Positions 26,792-42,281 of a stretch of DNA of 64,000 nt are shown piece after piece (position 1 is the first letter of the stretch; every line of letters starts with the position of its first letter). The DNA is from Eledone cirrhosa (taxonomy: Eukaryota). The position numbers and the translations under genes were made by a program. Under the pieces are notes generated by a model that ran no database searches, had not been told where the DNA came from, and was given only the letters and a program-made list of their open reading frames with translations. The DNA lies in contig OZ024748.1 in NCBI GenBank assembly GCA_964016885.1, forward strand, positions 6,572,001 to 6,636,000, in the 5' to 3' direction.

Positions 26792-28619
26792 CACTACCAA
26801 TATGAACTCTACCTCCTAGAAAACAAAGATCCTGTCACTCTATGCACACGTAAACATGTATAACAGACACAAGCACATCCACAAATAAACACAAATAAAC
26901 ACACATTCAGAAGAAATACTAAATAAAGAAAATATAACCCAGCACCAAATCTACTCAGTTCCTGCAGCACCAAAACTCCTCAGCCCTATAAAAGTCCTCC
27001 ACTTCACTGCAACCCCCAACCCCCTGAAAACATTAAAGGAAATATTTCCACTCACCCAATACACCAGCGACCAGTTAATGCCGTAAGCGACATATAAAAG
27101 GTAGAGCTAGACTCATAAAAGCCATACTTAACCGTTAAATAAATATAGTTACTATTTCCATGTTTTCCCCCTCCACACACTCCAACGTCATTTATGATAT
27201 CTCATCCGCCATTATAACCAAATCTCTAGCCCCTCCTTCCATCATATGTTGAATAAACATACGAGCCTCGAACGATATTTGTAATAAAAATATCAATGTG
27301 AAGAATAACAAAAACTGTTAAAAATATAAACATATCTGGTGAAAAAAAAAGAACGCAAAAGAAAATATATGAAAGAAAATAGGAAATCTACTCTGCCTAT
27401 TTTTTCTCGATTTCACACTGCGCTTATGGGTACGTTGACACAAAAGTCATAAAATCCTGGTTGCTAATGTGAACCTGTGAATGAAACAACTTAAAGACAA
27501 TTGGAATAAAGGGGGTAGGACTCACCCAGACACACACACATAGAAACACAGAAAGACACACAAAGATGTGTTAAAGTAACTCAATGCATGCATCTACATT
27601 CCCTAATGATAGGAAGATATATGATGTTGTGCCATATAAAATATGAATTATTAATTGGTTGACCGATTAGTTAATAAATTATTTTTATTGGTGATACATT
27701 TATCTTCATAGAAACTGTTGTAGAAATCAAAACATGAATTTGAATAACACCAAGAAAAAAAAAGGAAAATAGGAAAATAGAAACATAACAACTTAAACAA
27801 AACCATCACAACAACAATAACAAATACAATAGCAATACAGATAAATAAATACCACTTACACAATTGAAACAAAGGAACACAACAACAAATACAAAAACAG
27901 AGGCAACTAAACATAAACATGACAACATAACAATAACAACATACATACGCACACAAGCAGTACATACAGACATAACAACCACACGTACACACACAACAAC
28001 AACATATATAAACATAACAAGACATACACACGTAAGCATCACATATACACATAACAACAACATAGATATAAACACAACAACAAAAGACAAAACAAAAACG
28101 AAGCCAACAACAAGAACAATACTATTAATATTTCTACATTTGTAAATATAATGGCGTTCCAACAATTTACCGAAATAAATATCCTTGAACAACCAATGAA
28201 CACAGCTAAAAATAAAATAAAAATATTCACTGTCACGAAGATTGATCAAAATCGATTACTTCACACATTATAGGTGACATTGATCAATAGCAATGTTATA
28301 GATATGCAAATGATTATCAGACTTTTTTTGTGTATGTTTGTGTTTATAGATGTGTGTTTGTGTGTGTGTTTTTTTAGTAAAATGTAATCCCTGTCAATGT
28401 CTGTCATGAGAAATATTTTGTTATTCAATATGTGTAATATATATATTGTTATATTAATAGGAATAACTACACATACACTCTCACACACTCTCACAGAAAC
28501 ATAAGTGCATATATACCTATGTATCTATATACATGACCACACATATCGATACGCAATATATATGCATGTATATATAAAATCATACACACACACGCACGCA
28601 CACACACACATACACACAT

Positions 28620-28696
<77 letters not shown>

Positions 28697-29957
28697 CTCC
28701 TTGATTAAGTCTATACACACAGACACACACGCACACACACACAGCTATATATATATATATAAAGATTCACATGATGTTAGGTGCTATAACAGAAAGAAAA
28801 AGAATATCCGAAGACAAGAAAAAAATATATCATAAATTTAACGGGAGACAATTCTTGTTCTCTTGAATCATAAATCACTCTACAGCTTCTTTTCTCCCAA
28901 TCATCGGCTCAGATATTAATTATTTCAGTCTCACGTCCTTTGCCCTATTAATACTTCAGTAAAAAATTAGCAAAGAAACACCTCATTCTTCCACTTAGTT
29001 TCATTTTCTAACTCTAACTGTTCCCCACTATTTGTTCTTTGACATCCCTTCCTTGAGGTGATAGCAAATAAATACACATCGCCAATTATTATCATCATAT
29101 AACACTATTTTTCATTTTGTAGTCAACACTTAGTCCATACACTCACATAAACACAATTTGTTGCTTAATCCTTCCCTTTCTTTCACCGCGTTCTTCTCTA
29201 TCTCTCATTTGCATATGTATTAATCAACAAATTTACATTAACAGCACTTTCCCATCTATTTGCTTATGACAAACAGAAATCTTTTATCTTAATTTTCGAT
29301 CCCCTCTCTCCCTTTACCCTTTGCTTTATCTATCCTTATCACTAACGTACCCCCTTTCTTTATAATCTATACCATCTCTTTACCTCTTATCCACCCCCCA
29401 TCCTTGTTTCTCTCTTTTTCCGTTATTTCCTCGCTGTCTCCACCATTTTTACCGTCACCATTCAGAACATACTTTTTCACATAGTTTAACACTTCTTTCT
29501 TTATTATTTCTCTGTTTTACTACTTCCAGACGGTTTTGATCATGCCGAGGCACGATCAGCATTTAAAGAAATAAAACAAACAATAAACCTATAAAGGGGC
29601 AACCGACAAAACAAAAAAAAAACAAAAAAAAAATGTTGCTATTTTCAGTTGTAAAATAAAGAATTCTCAGGCAGTATTTTACTATCGTTATGTTACATCT
29701 ACCTTTGATCTTTCAATGTTGAAAACATTAATTTGTGTTACTGTAATTTACTATTTTGGTTTTTGTCTCCTGTGAACAGATCCACGACTAAAATATTTTA
29801 GAAAATGTATGTGTTCGTGTGTATTAAAAGATTATTTTTTCATTTCAAATTTGTTTAAATCCGTTTGTGTAAGCATATAATATCCGGTGGATGTTATATT
29901 TTATATAATTGATTCTCAAATTGAATAGATAAGAGTTGTTGAAATGGAAATATATAA

Positions 29958-30000
<43 letters not shown>

Positions 30001-30029
30001 TAAATATATGCACAATACAACCAAATATA

Positions 30030-30245
30030 ACGCTAGCCCACGAAGGCGTCACTGTGCAGCTACCCGAACTACTAGATACAGTAAGCAATTTCCCTCAAAT
30101 TTCCCATTGTGTTAGACAAGTCATATTGAATATTGTGGTCAGTGATGCACTGTGTCAAGGAAAGAAACAGGGTGATCAACGCTGGAGCATCTTTGATCAT
30201 AGGTATGCTCTATCAAATTTGACCTGAAGCTAAATAAAAATAACT
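30030..30245 (+). repeat. Representative of an ancient, highly decayed dispersed repeat
   Basis: Motifs like CTAGAAATAGTAGC, TTTGATCATAGGT and GACCTG..GCTAAA recur in decayed form at about 7410-7640, 8670-8900, 51460-51650 and 52545-52930. Boundaries approximate. Confidence 0.4.
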
Positions 30246-31230
30246 ACAAAACATTTACAAAGCCTAGAATCAGCGCAGACAGAATACCACATAATACAAA
30301 TATGACAGCATTATACTACACAACACAATGTTAACTAATACAACACAGCTCTGTATTCTATTTATCTGATCTTATTCATAAGTTTACGTCTTCTTCCGAA
30401 AAACTGACACGGTTTGTGGTCACAGGAATATGTATAAAGATACCTTACTTCAGCTTGGTTTATTTTTCGTCTTCAAACAACTAATTCCTGGATAGAATAA
30501 CACAGATCAGAACAGAGAGATTCAGGCGCCCCACTGACACAATCTTGCTATCGTTTGATCACTGAGAACAAAAACCAATTTTGCCCTGATATCATTCCAA
30601 TTTCCTCATCCGTCTCAAACTATATTTTGTCTGGTGACCCATGGAAAGAAAGAAAAAAAAATACTAGATTGAAAACAACAAAAACAGCAACACGTACAAC
30701 TACAGCAAAAACCAGCAAATAAACTAGTAGGAAAAATAAAATTAAAATCCGCAACAAGAACGCCAACATCCGAAATAACGAACATAAATACGTAAATAAT
30801 TATAAGACAAAACTAAAGATATTCATATAATTAAAAAGAAATAAAAAAAAATACGACGAGAAAATCAAAGTGAGAGAGAGAAAGATGGAAATTGAAAAGG
30901 AAAAATATAGTTAATATAAATATTATGGCAACACTGAAGGAATGACAATAAAAGAAAAGCACCACGGATTGACAATAACGACAAACATTGATATTGTTTT
31001 TCACTACACTAGCCAAACGTTCATATTTTACGCAATATAATATATATACGATATATATATACAATATATACACAAATGCACACAAAGTTATTAGATTTCT
31101 TTCACACATACTCACACACACACACATATATATATATAAATAAATGAATATATATATATTTATATATTTATACACATACACATATATATATATATTTATA
31201 AATAAATGAATGAATATATATATATATATT

Positions 31231-31672
31231 CTAGGGCGGGTAAAATTCCATAGATCCATGGACGAGATCTCTCCAGCGGTCTCTGTCGCTCATTATCGCT
31301 GCCATGTCCTGCGTCACCAACAGACCAGTGTCTGTCCTTAGGGCATCAACATACGTTAACCTTGGTCTTCCTCTTCCAGTGTGTCCATGTAGGGGTCCCC
31401 ACAGGAGTACTGAGTGCAATGTCAACTCTGGATGTCAGTGAGCATGTCCAGCTAATCTCAATCTCCTCTGTGTCACTTTTGAGCTGACTTATGGGAGACT
31501 CCCATCAGCTCTGAGTTTTTCATCCTCAGTGTATACTGATTAATGTTCAGAGCCATCCTCAGCATTCTCGTGTAGCACCCATCCACCATCTGAGTGAGTT
31601 TCTTGGTCAGTGTCCAAGTCTCAGACCCGTACAGCAGCACAGATTCCACTACAGCAATAAAGAGGTCGATTA
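31231..31672 (-). mobile_element. 5'-truncated RTE-like LINE (3' end of the RT-encoding ORF, frameshifted)
   Basis: Translates to [30 protein letters not shown] and, in another frame, [26 protein letters not shown]. These are typical post-RT C-terminal motifs of RTE-type non-LTR retrotransposons. Confidence 0.8.
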
Positions 31673-31819
31673 TCATATATATATATATGTGTGTATATAT
31701 ATACACATGTATTGTTTGTGTTGTTTAGCACTGTTGAGGTGCCTAATTTTGTGTCATTGGATGAGCCAGTTGTATAGTTTATATATATATATATATATAT
31801 AAATATATATATATATACA

Positions 31820-31884
<65 letters not shown>

Positions 31885-31899
31885 TATATATATATACAG

Positions 31900-31933
<34 letters not shown>

Positions 31934-32841
31934 TATATGTATGCATATATATATATATATGTATATTTATATATTTAGAGCGACATACACATGTTCATAA
32001 ACAAGTAGGAAACCAATTCTCATTCGTCTGTCTAAGTATGTTTTATGTATTAGATTGTGGGGTGTAATGTCTCGAAATTAGTAGTAATAAATTAATAATA
32101 CTAATAATAAAGTAATAATAATAACACAAATAAAGTAATAATAATAACAAAAATAATACACTTTGTATCTATGTTCTCCGCTAATACCATCTCACATATC
32201 TTCAACTTCTTAATAGATACACGGACATAACATCGTCACCCAATATTGATGTATATAATATTTTAAAATATATCTCTTGCAGATAATGGTAAAATTATCC
32301 ATCCCCATATATCCTTTTATCTCTGTTAGCACCGTCCCCATTCTAAGCCACATTTTAAAGCACGCTAATTATTGAAATTTTCACAGTTACTCTAAATCAT
32401 CTTATCACATCAATATCTTTTAGCGCCATCTTGGCTTTGTCGTCTATACAACAATGTTTATCTCCCTTAAAACCATCTATACGTATTTAATACCTAATCA
32501 GTTATTTTTTTTCCTCACTCTCATCCTCAGTAATATTCAGATAAAAGCTGGCCACAATGGATGTTTTCGTGTTTAACAAATTGACTTTAGTCTTTTAAAG
32601 AATTAATTTCCTTGTAAAATATAATTTTACTATAGTGTATCTTTTCAATTTTTTTTTATAGGTGGTAGTGGTGATGGTGATGATGTGGTAGGTAGTTGTT
32701 TCGTTTTCAACAAATATAAACGATATTTTGGCGTGGTACCACTAGCCAATGAAGCGTATCTCTCTAGTTTATTATCTACCTAGCTTACTACCCATGTATC
32801 TCTTTCTATTTATATGAAAATATTATGTAATTGCCTATATA

Positions 32842-32912
<71 letters not shown>

Positions 32913-32944
32913 GTACATACACCCACAACCACACACATATATGT

Positions 32945-32992
<48 letters not shown>

Positions 32993-33186
32993 TCAGGTTT
33001 GAGGTTCACCACTGTATAGAGCTGGTCTATTCCGTATGGTCAATCGTAATGCAATAATATAGAGAGTACTCAACGTAAAGCAGTTCAACCGTCTTTGTTT
33101 TTGTAGTTGGTGGTGCTATTACGGAGTTAAATATTATAATGAAATGACAGGAGGCTGGATTTGTGTAAATCCTTGAAAGGTTTATT

Positions 33187-33244
33187 ATACTATGATCATT
33201 TCAATGACCGGGTTCCGTATGAATCCGGTGATATCATCAGGTAT
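33187..33244 (-). ncRNA. Type I hammerhead ribozyme (family E, mirror copy)
   Basis: Reverse complement of 33352-33409. Confidence 0.8.
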
Positions 33245-33351
33245 TCGAAATATAATACGTGAATGTAATAGGTAAAATCCATTGGTCGCCCTCGGGTCTC
33301 GATTTTCATCCCCATGGATTTTACCTATTACATTCACGTATTATATTTCGA

Positions 33352-33409
33352 ATACCTGATGATATCACCGGATTCATACGGAACCCGGTCATTGAAATGA
33401 TCATAGTAT
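33352..33409 (+). ncRNA. Type I hammerhead ribozyme (family E)
   Basis: ATAC-CTGATGA-TATCACCGGATTC-ATACG-GAACCCGGTCATT-GAAA-TGATCA-TA-GTAT. Palindromic stem III ATGATCAT. Confidence 0.8.
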
Positions 33410-33457
33410 AATAAACCTTTCAAGGATTTACACAAATCCAGCCTCCTGTCATTTCAT

Positions 33458-33495
<38 letters not shown>

Positions 33496-33527
33496 GTACA
33501 TACACCCACAACCACACACATATATGT

Positions 33528-33600
<73 letters not shown>

Positions 33601-33634
33601 GTGTGTGTCTGTGTGTGTGTATAACCTAACAAAA

Positions 33635-33823
33635 GTAGAGGATGGGAACCATATGCGTCGCCATTGATATTTACTTTCTGAGTTCAAATTCCATCGAGGT
33701 TAGCTTTGCTTTTTATCCTTACGAGATGTATAAAATGTAGCACCAGTAAAGCACTGGAGTCGATTAAATCCACTGTCTGCTCTCCCACAAATTGCTGGGC
33801 TTGTTGGTATAGTCGAAATCATT
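33635..33823 (+). mobile_element. SINE family 1, old long-form copy
   Basis: CTGAGTTCAAATTCC..CACCAGTAAAGCACTGGAGTCGAT..AATTGCTGGGCTTGT. Confidence 0.7.
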
Positions 33824-34588
33824 ATTATTATCATTATATCTCTTCAGACTGTGCTTTAAAGATATGACATATTGCATTCAGAATACAATAAAAGGAAGGA
33901 AAGTACAGAGGAACAAAGAAACGTTTCGCTTCTCTCAATCATTTTTCCAACTCTATTTCCAATTGTCTCAAAGTAAGAATTATTACCAAGACAGAGTAGT
34001 AGCATTCAATATGATTAAATGTAATTGTAAAATAAACAAAATAAATACATAAAAATATGAAAAATATAATCATAGGAGATTAATTTAGATTAGTCGTCAA
34101 TTTCTTTATTTCTGTATTTGTATCTCTTTCTCTGTTGTGTGGTTGTGAGTGTAGCAATGGGTTTGAGTCAGAATCTGTATATTTTGCGCGTAAGTTAGCA
34201 TTACGCAAGCTTCAATATTATACAAGTGAAGTTGAAGAAATTAATTAATTTTCGCCGAGCGTTAATAATTAATTAAGCCGTCTCATACGTTTTTAATTTT
34301 TTTTTCTTCTAATTTTCATGAAAACAACACCATTCTATCAGTAATATATTCTGTTGTTGATTCAATCGTTGTTGTTGTTGCTACTGTTATTGTTGTAGTT
34401 GATTTTAAATTATATTGTTTCAAATAATATCATGGAATTGCAAGAAATGTTTGAAAAATTAACACATTAATATAACAGAGACGAATATTGTTAGATATGT
34501 AGACAAATAGATTATTGACCATCCAGGTTTGACCACTTATTCTAGGAGATTAATGACTGTATTGTAATTTACCTCTATGTGAAGATGC

Positions 34589-34784
34589 CAGACCTGCCAA
34601 CCTCTAAAAATTAAAACGGAGAGTACCATAAAAAAGGTGTCTTAAAACGGGTAGAAATGAGGCAAAATGGGGAGATTTTATATAATGAAAGCTATACCCA
34701 TTTTCACAAGAGAGACGACATCTCTCCTCTGCCTCAAAGGCTATTGCAAACCTCCCCGTCTGATGGGGAGAGTTGACAGGTATG
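34589..34784. mobile_element. MITE-like element
   Basis: Imperfect terminal inverted repeats CAGACCTGCCAACCTC / GAGAGTTGACAGGTATG, ~196 bp apart. No clean TSD. Confidence 0.5.
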
Positions 34785-35089
34785 AGATTTAGATAGCTAG
34801 ATATAGCAGCCAAATATCTCTCATATCATAGTCCATCTTAATGGAAAAGAAAACAGAGAAGGATACCTTAGACAAAAAATAAATGATTTTTTACCCACTG
34901 TTAAATAATTAATATATTATTGTTGTAAGGGACGTTATCGTCAATGGTATCATCATCATCACAATCATCATAATGATCACCATCACTCTCTTTACCATCA
35001 CCATCAGCATCACCACCAACTTAATCCTCATCGTTGTTGTTATAATTATAGCTGTAATGAAGTAGCTGTGGTAGGAGTAGTGTTGGAAG

Positions 35090-35178
35090 TGGTAGTAGTA
35101 GTCGTAATAATAGTGTTGTTGGTGGTGGTGGTGGTAGTAGTAGTAGTAATAGTAGTAGTAATAGTAGTAGTAGTGATG

Positions 35179-35236
<58 letters not shown>

Positions 35237-35280
35237 AGGCAGCAGCAGTAGCAGTAGCAGCAGCAGCAGTAGTAGTAGTT
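35090..35280. repeat. (TAG)n/(CAG)n compound microsatellite
   Basis: Seen directly. Confidence 0.9.
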
Positions 35281-35617
35281 GCTGTTGATCTTCCTGGTGA
35301 TGTTGTTGGCCGTGCACATATTTACTGAATGCAGAGCTAAACCGTATATGTCCACGAAGAGGGAAGAGTGAAAGGTCTTAAGAGCCTTACGGTTGATGGT
35401 CATCTTTTAATCCGGCAGCGAAATTAAGATTAAAGCTACAGTCGGTCGCCTGACAACAGCAACAACAACCCAAAACAATTCGTTTTCCTATATTTCAGAG
35501 AATTCAGCCTTGGTTCACAAACTGACATAGGAATATATATATACCTGCGAGTATGTGAGTGTGTACAACTGTCTTTATGCGTATGTGTGCAAATGTTAGT
35601 ACTCTTATTTGTAATAT

Positions 35618-35797
35618 AATTTTTTCTACTTTTGGCACAATGCCAGCAATTATCCCAGTGTATTACTGGTACGTTATTTTATCGACCCCGTAATGAGGAA
35701 AGGCAAAGTTAACCGCGGCGGGATTTGAACTCAGATCATAAAGGACCGTAACTCATTGCTGCAAAGCATGGCGTCCGACCCTCTACCGATACTGCCC
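35618..35797 (-). mobile_element. SINE family 1
   Basis: Reverse complement of the consensus, nearly full length. Confidence 0.85.
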
Positions 35798-36159
35798 TTA
35801 AATATACATATAATGTAGACTTACGCATACCTTGAGTGAGAACAATACAGGATGGTCACAGGCGAAACATATTTGGGAAATGTTCAATTAAACGACAGCT
35901 GATAATTTGCTGAACACTAATTTATATTCATTAATATTTTGATCACATTGTAATTTGTAGATATAGCAAGAGTTCAAGTTCTTTTCATTTTTCAAATATG
36001 ATAAATGTATAACGTTATTTATGTGGTGCCTTAATTCTAATCAGAAATATTGAATTTCTCCAAAGAAATTGAGATATATTAATGTGATAAAATTTGGTAA
36101 ATGTAACTTGTTGGTCTCTGACTGCAAATAGGTTCTTAATTAGGTAAGCAGTTTCTTAC

Positions 36160-36229
<70 letters not shown>

Positions 36230-36259
36230 ATAAAGAGATAGATATGCATATATATATAA

Positions 36260-36309
<50 letters not shown>

Positions 36310-36363
36310 TATATATATATATACACATAAATAAACATATATATATACACATATAAACAAACA

Positions 36364-36442
<79 letters not shown>

Positions 36443-36706
36443 ATATGAATGTAAAGAAATATTTTCAAAATAGCCATAGCAGTATTTACAGATCTAACGA
36501 ACACTTACTCCCTTAACTCCCATTACTAGTTATCTATTGTCTTTCAAGTATTTGGAATACTTTAATGACGTCGATCAAAATATATTCTGTATGGCGTTTG
36601 TTTATATTATGTTGTGTTTTTTAAAACATTCACTTGATACAAAAGTATATAGATTTCTATTTAGGCCTTACTTGGTCCATATCTATATCTCTATCTATCT
36701 ATTCTC

Positions 36707-37204
<498 letters not shown>

Positions 37205-37354
37205 TATATGAGACACAAATAGAAGCCAAGACTGCTTTAGGTAGACGTAACCAGAAAATCTACGAAACGAATCTAGATGATATATATTTAAAGTCTGTGA
37301 TGGTATGTGATGTAGTGAGGAATGAATTGAGGACATAACAGATATGGATGTATA

Positions 37355-37435
<81 letters not shown>

Positions 37436-37686
37436 CCATAACTATGACTAAAGAGAGGCACATATAAAGATATATATGCATGCCTCTCGTCATATGACTG
37501 ATATGTGTAGAATAGATATATAAAGCAATGAATTCATAAGAAATTTTACTGTTTCCGGAATGTTCCAACTTCGGCGTTACATTACATACCACTATGTCAG
37601 TGTTGTAATTTCTTTAATAGTCCCCGAAATTATAATAAATCTGTTGCCGCCTATGTCAAAAGCTACTTGTGATGTATATTCATTGA

Positions 37687-37745
<59 letters not shown>

Positions 37746-37937
37746 AATAAATAAATAAATATATATAAATATATATGTATATAAATATATATATATATGC
37801 ACATTAATATATATATATATAAGTATGTATACGTACGTATACAGACTTATATTTAAGTAACAGCCGTACTAAGAGTGAGATATGGAATTTAGTTTCATTT
37901 TTGCCATTTATATATATATATTTATATATATACATAC

Positions 37938-37989
<52 letters not shown>

Positions 37990-38037
37990 TGTATATATGT
38001 ATGTATGTATATATATGTATGTATATATAACACACAC

Positions 38038-38074
<37 letters not shown>

Positions 38075-38532
38075 GCATGTGAAAGGTAAACAGAAATAAC
38101 AACACAATGTATATATATATAGAGATATATATATAATATATATATATATGCATATAATGTTTATTGAAAAGACGTCCAACATCATATACGCACACATATG
38201 ACTCTATTCCATTTGTAGAAATACATTTTGAATTCGCTAAATGAAAAATGGCTTAAGCATCAGATTCTAAGTGAAAGTTTGAATTCCGGCTGTGTTGATT
38301 AATAATAAATGAGACACAGTTTTAATGGAACGGGAATAAATTAGAAAATATATTAATTTTATCATCTTATTTTCCAAGAATTTTAATCAGAACAACACAA
38401 TTCTCCTCAATTATTATAAATATAGAATTTACGTTTTTGTTATTTTAGCATACAGATTTAATTTCCAGATTTAAATAATCATATTCTATTCATCTGAGGG
38501 TTAATAGAATCAACATAGTGACTACTACATAG

Positions 38533-38748
38533 AGCGCTGGATTGGCAAAATCGGTAGAGCGTCAGACACTCTGGTTCGTAGCATAGAATAACGGCCCTTT
38601 TCATTCTGAGCTCAAATGCCATCGATGTTGGCTTTGCCTTTCTTCCTTACGGGGTTCGATAAAATAAAGTACCAGTAACACACTGGGCTCGATCTAAACG
38701 CCCCCCCCCTTTCAAATTGTCGGCCTTGTGCCTAAATGACAAACTATT
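38533..38748 (+). mobile_element. SINE family 1, old long-form copy
   Basis: GGATTGGCAAAATCGGTAGAG..CGATAAAATAAAGTACCAGT..GGCCTTGTGCCTAAA. Confidence 0.8.
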
Positions 38749-39962
38749 ATCTAGAGTACAACACACATATTTAGGAATTGAATAAATGAGTACTCACGAT
38801 ATACACATTAGTGCATATGTTATTAATGTGTATATATTGATGTTGTGTCTCATGTGGTGTATGTATGTGCGCGTGGGCATATGTGAGCGTGTGTGTGTGT
38901 GCGTGCGTTTGTGTATGTGTGCGTGTGTGTGTGTGTTCGTTCTTTTTTTATATACTTCTATACTTTTATATTCTTCTATATACTCGTGCATATAACCAAA
39001 AATATCTATGAAATCATGTAAAACGAAATAAAATCTATCAAGAAAACATGAAAGATATAACACAAAACAGCAAAGAAGAGCGACACACTTAAACAAAAGC
39101 AAAAAGACAACAGCAACATATAAAGAAGATATTGCGATAAAATGACGACCGTCAGGGTTATTTATGGATACACTACTTGATTAATAATATATCTAAATAT
39201 TGTCTATTAATATAGATATGATGGATTTTGAAATTAGTACAATGGAGGATTGTTACAATGATATATATTCTTTGAAATACAGACTAAATATAGATAAACT
39301 TATTCTGAAAAATAGAATATAAATTAAATAATTAGAGGAAGCTAAATGTATAGAAATGTATGAGTATTGTTTTGTTTAATTTTGTATCAAAATATCACAC
39401 TTTCTAACATAAGTTCCGGTTCCCTCGGTTTTAATCTCTAATCCGTACAACAAATTTCATGGAAAACCAACACAAATAAATGTTACAATATATTTACTGT
39501 AAACCATTGAAAATATTCTTAAGATTTCCGACGCCAGTCCTTCATCGGAAAATAGAAAACGAAAGAAGATATGATGTTTTGGAGAGAAGAAAAATAAAAA
39601 AAATATACTAGTCTATAAACAAAACAAACAAAAAAAATCAAAATAAACAAAAAAAAAATAACGGTGGAAAGTTTAGAGAGCTAAAAAAAAGCACGTGTTG
39701 TTGTTAGTGAGACAACATGGAGATTACGAGCACACTTAATGGCAGGGTCAGCGGGGTTGAGTCGAAAGCAAAGAATAATATGGCGCTGTAAGTATGTGTG
39801 TATGTATGTATGTATGTATGTATGTATGTATGTATGTATGTATGTATGTATATATATATGTGTGTATGTGTATGTGTATGTGTGTGTGTGTATTTATGAG
39901 TATATATATATATATAAATATATAAATATATATATGTATATATATATGTATATATATATATG

Positions 39963-39996
<34 letters not shown>

Positions 39997-40035
39997 ATAT
40001 ATATTATATATATTATATATATATAATAGATATAT

Positions 40036-40077
<42 letters not shown>

Positions 40078-40082
<5 letters not shown>

Positions 40083-40255
40083 AAAAAGTATGACCCCGAC
40101 GGCAGGGCTCAAGCCGTTTCGACGGCTATTTCTGGAGAAACGGCTTGAGCTCTGTCGTCGGGGTCATACTTTTTCCTATTTCCCACTCTACTACCCTAAG
40201 TATTGAGTACTCTGGTGCGTTATGGTCCATCTGGTTCCTTACCACAATTCCTTTG

Positions 40256-40257
<2 letters not shown>
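40078..40257 (+). mobile_element. Family C palindromic element
   Basis: Near-identical to 14117-14310 but with a different centre (GCTATTTCTGGA|GAAACGGC). Flanked by (TA)n. Confidence 0.8.
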
Positions 40258-40311
<54 letters not shown>

Positions 40312-40843
40312 CATAAATATATACATACATATATGGATTCCGTAACTGATATATACAACAAGCAGCTTCTCTTTAGAGAAACATGCAAGAGAAGGAGGAA
40401 GAGATCATTGACATTGTGTCCTATCATAAGTCGTGAGATGAAGAGATAGAGAGATCCGCTCGTTATGAGGGCCAACCACCAACAAAATTAACAAAACTTA
40501 ATGACAAACATTTTTTTTTCTTTTCTTTTCTTTTCTTTTCTTTTCTTTTCTTTTGTAATTAAAAATAGATAAATTAGTAAAATACAAATAAATCAATAAC
40601 AAGAGAAGGAAAAATAATGAAATAAAGTTATGAATAAATAAATAAATAAATATTTGGAAAAGATCGGGAAGATTCGAGAACATCTGGTGGGGACCAGATA
40701 AATAACGATAACCTTATTACATCACTGAAATGAAGGACCTTGTTCGAAAACAACATTGGAAATGGGGTCTGCCAAAACAAAATGTATACAACCAGTTCTA
40801 CTCCTCCCCCTACTCCTTCTCCACCCCCTCTCCGCCTCATCAA

Positions 40844-40890
<47 letters not shown>

Positions 40891-41111
40891 GTAGTAGTAG
40901 TAGTTGTAGTAGTAGTAACAGTAGTAGTGGTATTAGACTGATGTCTGCTTATACTGCTATAAACATACATCAAAGTCTCGAAACCTTGATACATATCCTG
41001 ATACTCCAACCCACACACCTAACTACCGAGCAAAAAGAAAAAAAAAATATGATGGATTTTCAGGTTTATATCAGACTAGCCCAGACCAGACTAAACTAGT
41101 TATGGAAGACC

Positions 41112-41163
<52 letters not shown>

Positions 41164-41321
41164 GCAGCAGCATAACCACAACTACTACTACTACTAGCAC
41201 CACCACCGCCACCACCACAACCACCACAACCACCACCTGCAGCACTACTTCTACTACTAACAATAGTACTGCTACTACCACTACTACTACTACTACTATT
41301 ACTAGCACCAAAACAACCACA

Positions 41322-41387
<66 letters not shown>

Positions 41388-41472
41388 GATAACAGCATTT
41401 AGTAATCGGTTCTTAATCAGGCATCTGAATGAGTGATGGGTTGTCGTCGATAAGTGGAGGTTTACGTGTGTA

Positions 41473-41513
<41 letters not shown>

Positions 41514-42224
41514 ACGAGGGAATTGTGGGTAAATCTGATTACAGATATAACATGTGGTATTTTCCCAGCGGTGTTTTTAGTAAAAGCACTCCGAGAATTG
41601 AAACCGGGCCGCGGCAGACACGGTCCATCGGAAGTTATCGCAAACTTGATCACCAACACCACGGACACTATATCATATCAGAAAACACCACAAATACAGC
41701 AACAACAACTAAAATAACACCTACAACAACAACAACAACAACAGCAAATAAAATAGCAACTATCACAACAACAACGACAACTAAAATAGCAATAATAATA
41801 ACAACAACGACAACAACTAAAATAGCAACTATAATAATAATAACAACAACAACTATAATAAGAAAAACAACGACAACAACTAAAATAACAACTATAACAA
41901 CAACAACAATAACAATAACAATCATAATAATAATAGTGATAGTAATGCGGTGATGATGATGATAATAATGACGGTACGGTCACTCTAAACGAATAATGTT
42001 AATCGTTTCTTTATTTGCCTGGAAAGCAGTATTAGCAAAATCAAACAAACAACAAACTGGCGGCGAGTCTCTAGACATATGAAAATATCAGATTAATACC
42101 GAAATATCAGAGAGAGAGAGAAGAGAGGAGAGAGAGGAGGGTGGGGGAGTTTCACAATTACCAAAGCATACTTAGGAACACGCGTTTCGCCTAAAAATGA
42201 TTTCAACACGAGTTATACACATGA

Positions 42225-42278
<54 letters not shown>

Positions 42279-42281
<3 letters not shown>

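Larger units (their letters stand above)
32991..33460 (-). mobile_element. Hammerhead-bearing element, family E (young fold-back with long flanking duplication)
   Basis: 147-bp inverted arms (33136-33282 / 33314-33460) with no mismatch seen by eye, each holding a full hammerhead. Minus-strand tail hairpin at 33065-33127. A 40-bp unique flank is duplicated on both sides (32909-32948, 33492-33531). Confidence 0.85.

Noticed and set aside
42176-42200. Minus-strand CGAAACGCGT, resembling a PLE hammerhead 3' half
   Set aside because: No upstream CUGANGA, and position 17 would be G.
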